This document shows positions 59,436 through 64,000 of a stretch of DNA of 64,000 nucleotides, in pieces. The notes below the pieces were generated by a model. The model was not told the DNA's origin, did no database searches, and saw only the letters and a list, made by a program, of their open reading frames with translations. Made by a program: the position numbers and the translations under genes. The DNA comes from Ramazzottius varieornatus (taxonomy: Eukaryota; Animalia; Tardigrada): the NCBI GenBank assembly GCA_001949185.1, contig BDGG01000001.1, positions 8,403,067 to 8,467,066 of the forward strand, given 5' to 3'. Position 1 is the stretch's first letter; the number at the start of each line of letters is the position of its first letter.

Positions 59436-61953
59436 CTTTGGTTAAGTAAGACGGCTGGAAGTTCTTTTTACAATGTGAAGAGACAGGCAGAACAGCGGCG
59501 GCTGACATTGATAAAACACCCTATCGACAGCCTGCTTTTATCTTACTCCGCGTTTGACCGTTTACTGAATTTTTTGATAAAGAGCCAAGTGAGAGCTGCT
59601 GTACGCTGACTCAGGATGTGCTGGGGGTTGATATACAGGAAGTAGTTTACGGAGTAGTTCTTACCTTCCAGTTGGCACTGACAAGCGCATATTGGTAAAA
59701 CAGTTTTCTACGTCCCTTTCCTCTATTCTCGACTGTTATTAGTAGTCTCATGAGGCAGATTAAATGTACTGCTACAGGTAGCGACGTTTTGACGGCATCC
59801 CGCCGTTCTGTTTGTCCCATACGAAAGATGCATCTGGGTGGTGGATGGTAAGAGACATTGCTTTTGGCGCGCCTTTCGAAACCCGATTGAATGAAGATCG
59901 AAATATCTTCCTCTTCAGGACGTAGTACATACATCAAAGCCTTCCGGACTGAAAGCAACTGCTTCCGACGTTACAAGCGCGTAACCTGATACACCGTTGA
60001 TCAATGCTAATGATACCCAGCTTTTGGTTCCAGTTTCTGTCCAGCCACGTATAACATACCAAATCGAGAAGTTGAATTTGTATTTATTAAGCTAGTAGTC
60101 GGACCCTAAAGCGACCTTTAGAAGTCGAATGAATCAGAAGCAGCAACTAACTCGAAGCTGGGACAATCAAGCACGCTATGAATCAGTTTCTTCTAGAGTC
60201 GGGTGGGCACCATAGGCTGAATAGGGTTAAGAGACACTCAGTCTGCTAACACGTCTAAATCGAGAAGGTCCGTCACAGCTTCAGGCTCCGCTAGTGCAGT
60301 ATAAACAATGGCTTGTCCGGGTTTCGACAGCTGGGAAGGTCACTCCTCGCGAATCCTGCAGAAAGAAAACACGAAAACCTTTGCTTTCAATCCGAATGGC
60401 TTGTTAGTTGTGTTAGGCTAATGATATTGCTACCTCTGTCTGGACCGAAAGGAATTTTCAAAGTTTTTTTTATAAAGCCGTGGTCTCTAGACCGATAACC
60501 CGGAAAGTGAAGTGCTTCCGGCATAGGTTGAAAGGGCACCACTGGTCAAAAAAATTTATCCAATTCACAACCATCGAAGGCAACATAGTTTTAAATCATA
60601 AAAAGGAATAAACCGTGTCGTCAAAATGTGTTGTTTTTAGTTTCATATCCCGTTTTAATTGCTGTCTGCGTTTGAAGAAAAAGTTATTTCCTGGTAATTG
60701 ATTGGCCATCAGTGTTGAAACTTAATGATGAAAGCACAGATCCAGATGAGTTCCCTGTTCATTCAAAATGATGAAAACGTCTACAAGAGCGATTTGGCTA
60801 ATGGAGACTATCGTGTAGAAGGCTAGTATGAGGCACTGAAGGAGTTGATCTCCTTTGAGGGGAATACGTATTGGAGTAGACTGGATGGAAGCCGCGAAAG
60901 ATAATCTGGCGAGACATGTGGTGGCGCCATCGTAAACGGACTCGGCAGTAATCGAACTGAAGAGCCCGTTTAGCACGCACAGTTAATTTCCTTGGCCGGT
61001 CTTGCCCTATCCGAATAAAGAAAGACAGCTGAATAGCACTTCCTCTTTACTTCCGCGCAGTCAAGTCAGACGAAAGCAGTGTTTGGGATGCCACCTCAGC
61101 ACAAAGAAACTTCACTTGACAAGCAGGTGTTTTATGGCCAGCAAAAGAAGCCGCGTAAATAACCACCATTTCTTCCGCGAATTTTAACGTGTACTCTGCA
61201 GAAGATCCACCTGGTGAATCCTGAGTTGCCGAAGACTCTTTTCCTGCTCCTCCTTTCCCTTCATTTCTGTCGCTTCAAAGATCTAGATTTCACACCAGGA
61301 GTGTTTCTGTTCCGAAATTCTGTTCCCGTACTCTCTGTGGTCATCTGGTAGCTTTCAGATTAATCTTGCAATATAACGGTATAACTGACTTGGAGCTGCA
61401 ATTTCGGATGTCCCAAAGGACAAATTAACATGGACAGTGGAGGTAAAACCAAAGTAAAAATTTTGTACATCAACCTACCGAATATCTCCTGGTGTCTTTG
61501 ACTTTTGCAGAATGTATTCTGTAATTTTAGAGGCAGATTTTCAATCACACGCCGCTTGGATATGGAGGAAAAATTCAGCGATGGTAAACCTAGAGCCCAC
61601 CACTGAGAAAAATCAAACACGCTCTCCACCAGAACTTCAAGAAACCTCGATTCACGCCAACGGCCGGCACAGGTCAAGGAGAAGTGCAAAATTGAGATAA
61701 ATAGTTTGGGGAAGGAGCAACGGGGAAAACTTTGTCTGTCTATTCCACTGAGCTTCGGCGTTCTTGTGATCGTCGGATCTGGAACATTCGAAGTGCGCTC
61801 ATGTTGCCATGTTGCCTGGAGAATGACCAGTCTCACTAATAAAGTGCGAACGGGCCAAGTGACTACCACCTCGAAAAAATTCCTGTAAGTTTAAGGATGA
61901 AGTTAATGTTATAAATCTAGCTCCACAGGATCCCCCTTATTGTCCAGCATCTT

Positions 61954-62720
61954 CTAAACTCGTCCTTCCCACGACAAAAGTGACTTGCGGATGACTCCGA
62001 GATCAAAGTTCTCGCACCCCCTTTTGAGGATCTTGCTCAGACCGGCGATCGTGGTCACCTTCCGTGTACCTAAAAGTTTTTCAAAATTCCATCTATGGCA
62101 TAATCCAACGGAGCTAAGTCGGGACGGTTGGCCATCCAATGGTAGTGTGGAAAGTAGTTGGGATGGTTCTCTTCCATCCAATTCTGGGTCAGGATCGCCA
62201 CGTGGGACTTGGCGCTGTCAAAATGTACCATGACATCCTGCGGATTTTTGGGGTACAGTCGAGGAATGTCATTCTTTACCATCGGCGATAGGACATTGTC
62301 GACAACGTACTGCACTGTAACTTTCGCATTGCCATCAACAACGCAGGGCTTCGACATTCCTTTCCAGCAGATCCCGATTGCGACCATGATCCACCCGATT
62401 ATGCTCACATGATGCTTCGCGAAGAAGCTGCAGAGTGTCCCCACACGCGACCAGCACCCGGCGGCAGCAGTGGACGGGTGATTTACAGAGTAAATTATCG
62501 AAAGCACAGAACGGCTTCCCAACATCAGGTCCAGCCCAACTGAAACACAGCAAGCAACCAATCAACATTTCTCCAATCTGCAAAAATTGCTTGAATGTCG
62601 GTCGAGCACCGAGTTTCCTGATTAGTAAAGACAGTTATAGAGACCCGTGGCACGTCGTGTGCGACGACTGCGTAAATCACCCGTCCAGCACTGCCCGGCG
62701 AATCTTGCTAGGGCTCTGTT
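61954..62720 (-). mobile_element. Tc1/mariner DD37D (maT-type) transposase fragment
   Basis: IMVAIGICWKG...VHFDSAKSH...WMANRPDLAPLDY, with 37 residues between the 2nd and 3rd Asp; frameshifted. Confidence 0.85.
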
Positions 62721-63609
62721 TTTGAACTGGTGTTCAAGTTTACGTTTTTGCAATGTACCGCGGTTCCTTCTGAAGCGTCATAGTCTGTGCTTTCGGCAGC
62801 TGTTCGCTACTTCTCGCACGATATATCCTGCGCGAAACAGCAGATGGGCTTTCCGTACGCTACCCATACCGAACAAAGCGCCAATTTTACGGAAACTGAA
62901 ATCACAGTACAATTACTGTACTGTACTCTCGCGATACACATGGACATACTCAAGGCTGTACTAGTGAAAAGTAACCGCAAGTAAAAAAGTACCGTTTGAA
63001 TGACGCAGTTGACTGCTTGAAACGGTATCTTGACTTGCGCATGTTCAACCACCTGTTAGGGACTATTTTCGACTTCGAAAAGCTGGGTTCTTGAGAAGTT
63101 TTGCCTCTGTGCTACTGTACGTAATATTACATGATGGGAAGATTTAGGACCCGAGCTGTGTACAGAGTATCGAAGGCTCAGAGAAATCTGCGAGCTCAGG
63201 CGGAAAGTGGAATGTCGCTGCGAGCTTATGCAAAAGCGGTGGAGATACCGCGTTCAACGATATCTCTGTGGAGGTAGGACAAAGTTTGAAGCTGTTTGCG
63301 TCTTTAACCGTTCATGTTCTGAATATATATCGTTTCAGACAAAAGTTTCCTGAAGGCACTTTTAAGGACGACGTAAGCCGATGTACGAGCCAATAGTTCA
63401 TGACTCCCGCAGACGAAGTAAGCCGAACACAAACTCCCTCGCTGGTTTTACCGTTTCCTGTAAATCTGTTGAGGCTTATGCTGTCTTTTGTTTGCTCGAA
63501 TAGCTTGCCGAACATGTTTTCATGGAGCGAGTGGAAGCAATCGTCACTCTGGAGAAAACCCATCCAAGCCGTATAATCAACTTTGACCAGACTAGTGTCC
63601 TCTTGCAAA

Positions 63610-64000
63610 ACACGTACGGAAAGACTTTATTACCTGTTGGAGTCAAACAAGTTCACGTCGTTCAGCCACCCGGTGAGAAGGAACGATTTACAGTAGGCCT
63701 CGCTGTGACGGGAGACGGACAGAAATTTCCAGCTGTGATAGTTTTCACAGGTGGAGTGAAGACTGGTCAGCTCTCGCGTAACATTCTAGCGAAGTTAGTG
63801 ATTCCTGGCAACGTCAACGTCTTTTCTACCCGAACTGCTTGGTGGAACTCTAAAATCGACCATGACTGGATCGAGCAGTCTTTCGAACAGGACCAACCTG
63901 AACCGTTATTTCTACTTCGGGATCATTTCCCGGGTCACTTGAAGTTCGAAAGCGCAGAATTGTTGGACGAGAGAAATGTCGATCAGGTTTTCGTACCGAA
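63610..64000 (+). mobile_element. pogo/Tigger-like DDE_1 transposase fragment (runs off the window end)
   Basis: GEKERFTVGLAVTGDGQKFPAVIVF...TAWWNS...LLRDHFPGH...VFVP. Confidence 0.8.

Overview
Compact invertebrate (metazoan) genomic DNA with very short GT-AG introns; a tardigrade-like genome is a guess, not established. The window has two compartments. 1-32 kb is gene-dense: an orphan spliced gene, a nicotinic acetylcholine receptor alpha subunit, PPP1R7/sds22 head-to-head with UTP20, an F-box gene, tRNA-His, several orphan secreted-protein ORFs and a DGAT2/MOGAT pseudogene. 32-64 kb is a transposon graveyard: a CR1-like LINE, three CRE-type RLE retroelements, a pogo element with a nested hAT, an intron-containing Ginger-type integrase, a Polinton/Maverick fragment, a DD37D maT element and a second pogo DDE, plus one intact intronless GT92-like glycosyltransferase. 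Two signals stand out. (1) Roughly 35-40 copies (counted by eye) of a non-coding element, AAGTGGCGCAC-N25-GTGCGCCACTT. Its spacer length is nearly invariant while its spacer sequence varies, it forms ~80-bp tandem units, and it occurs only in introns and gene flanks of the gene-dense half. (2) A decayed, intronless TBP homolog head-to-head with the Maverick packaging ATPase, followed by a strand-specific structured-RNA candidate and a tRNA-like sequence. All calls were made by eye; exon coordinates are approximate.
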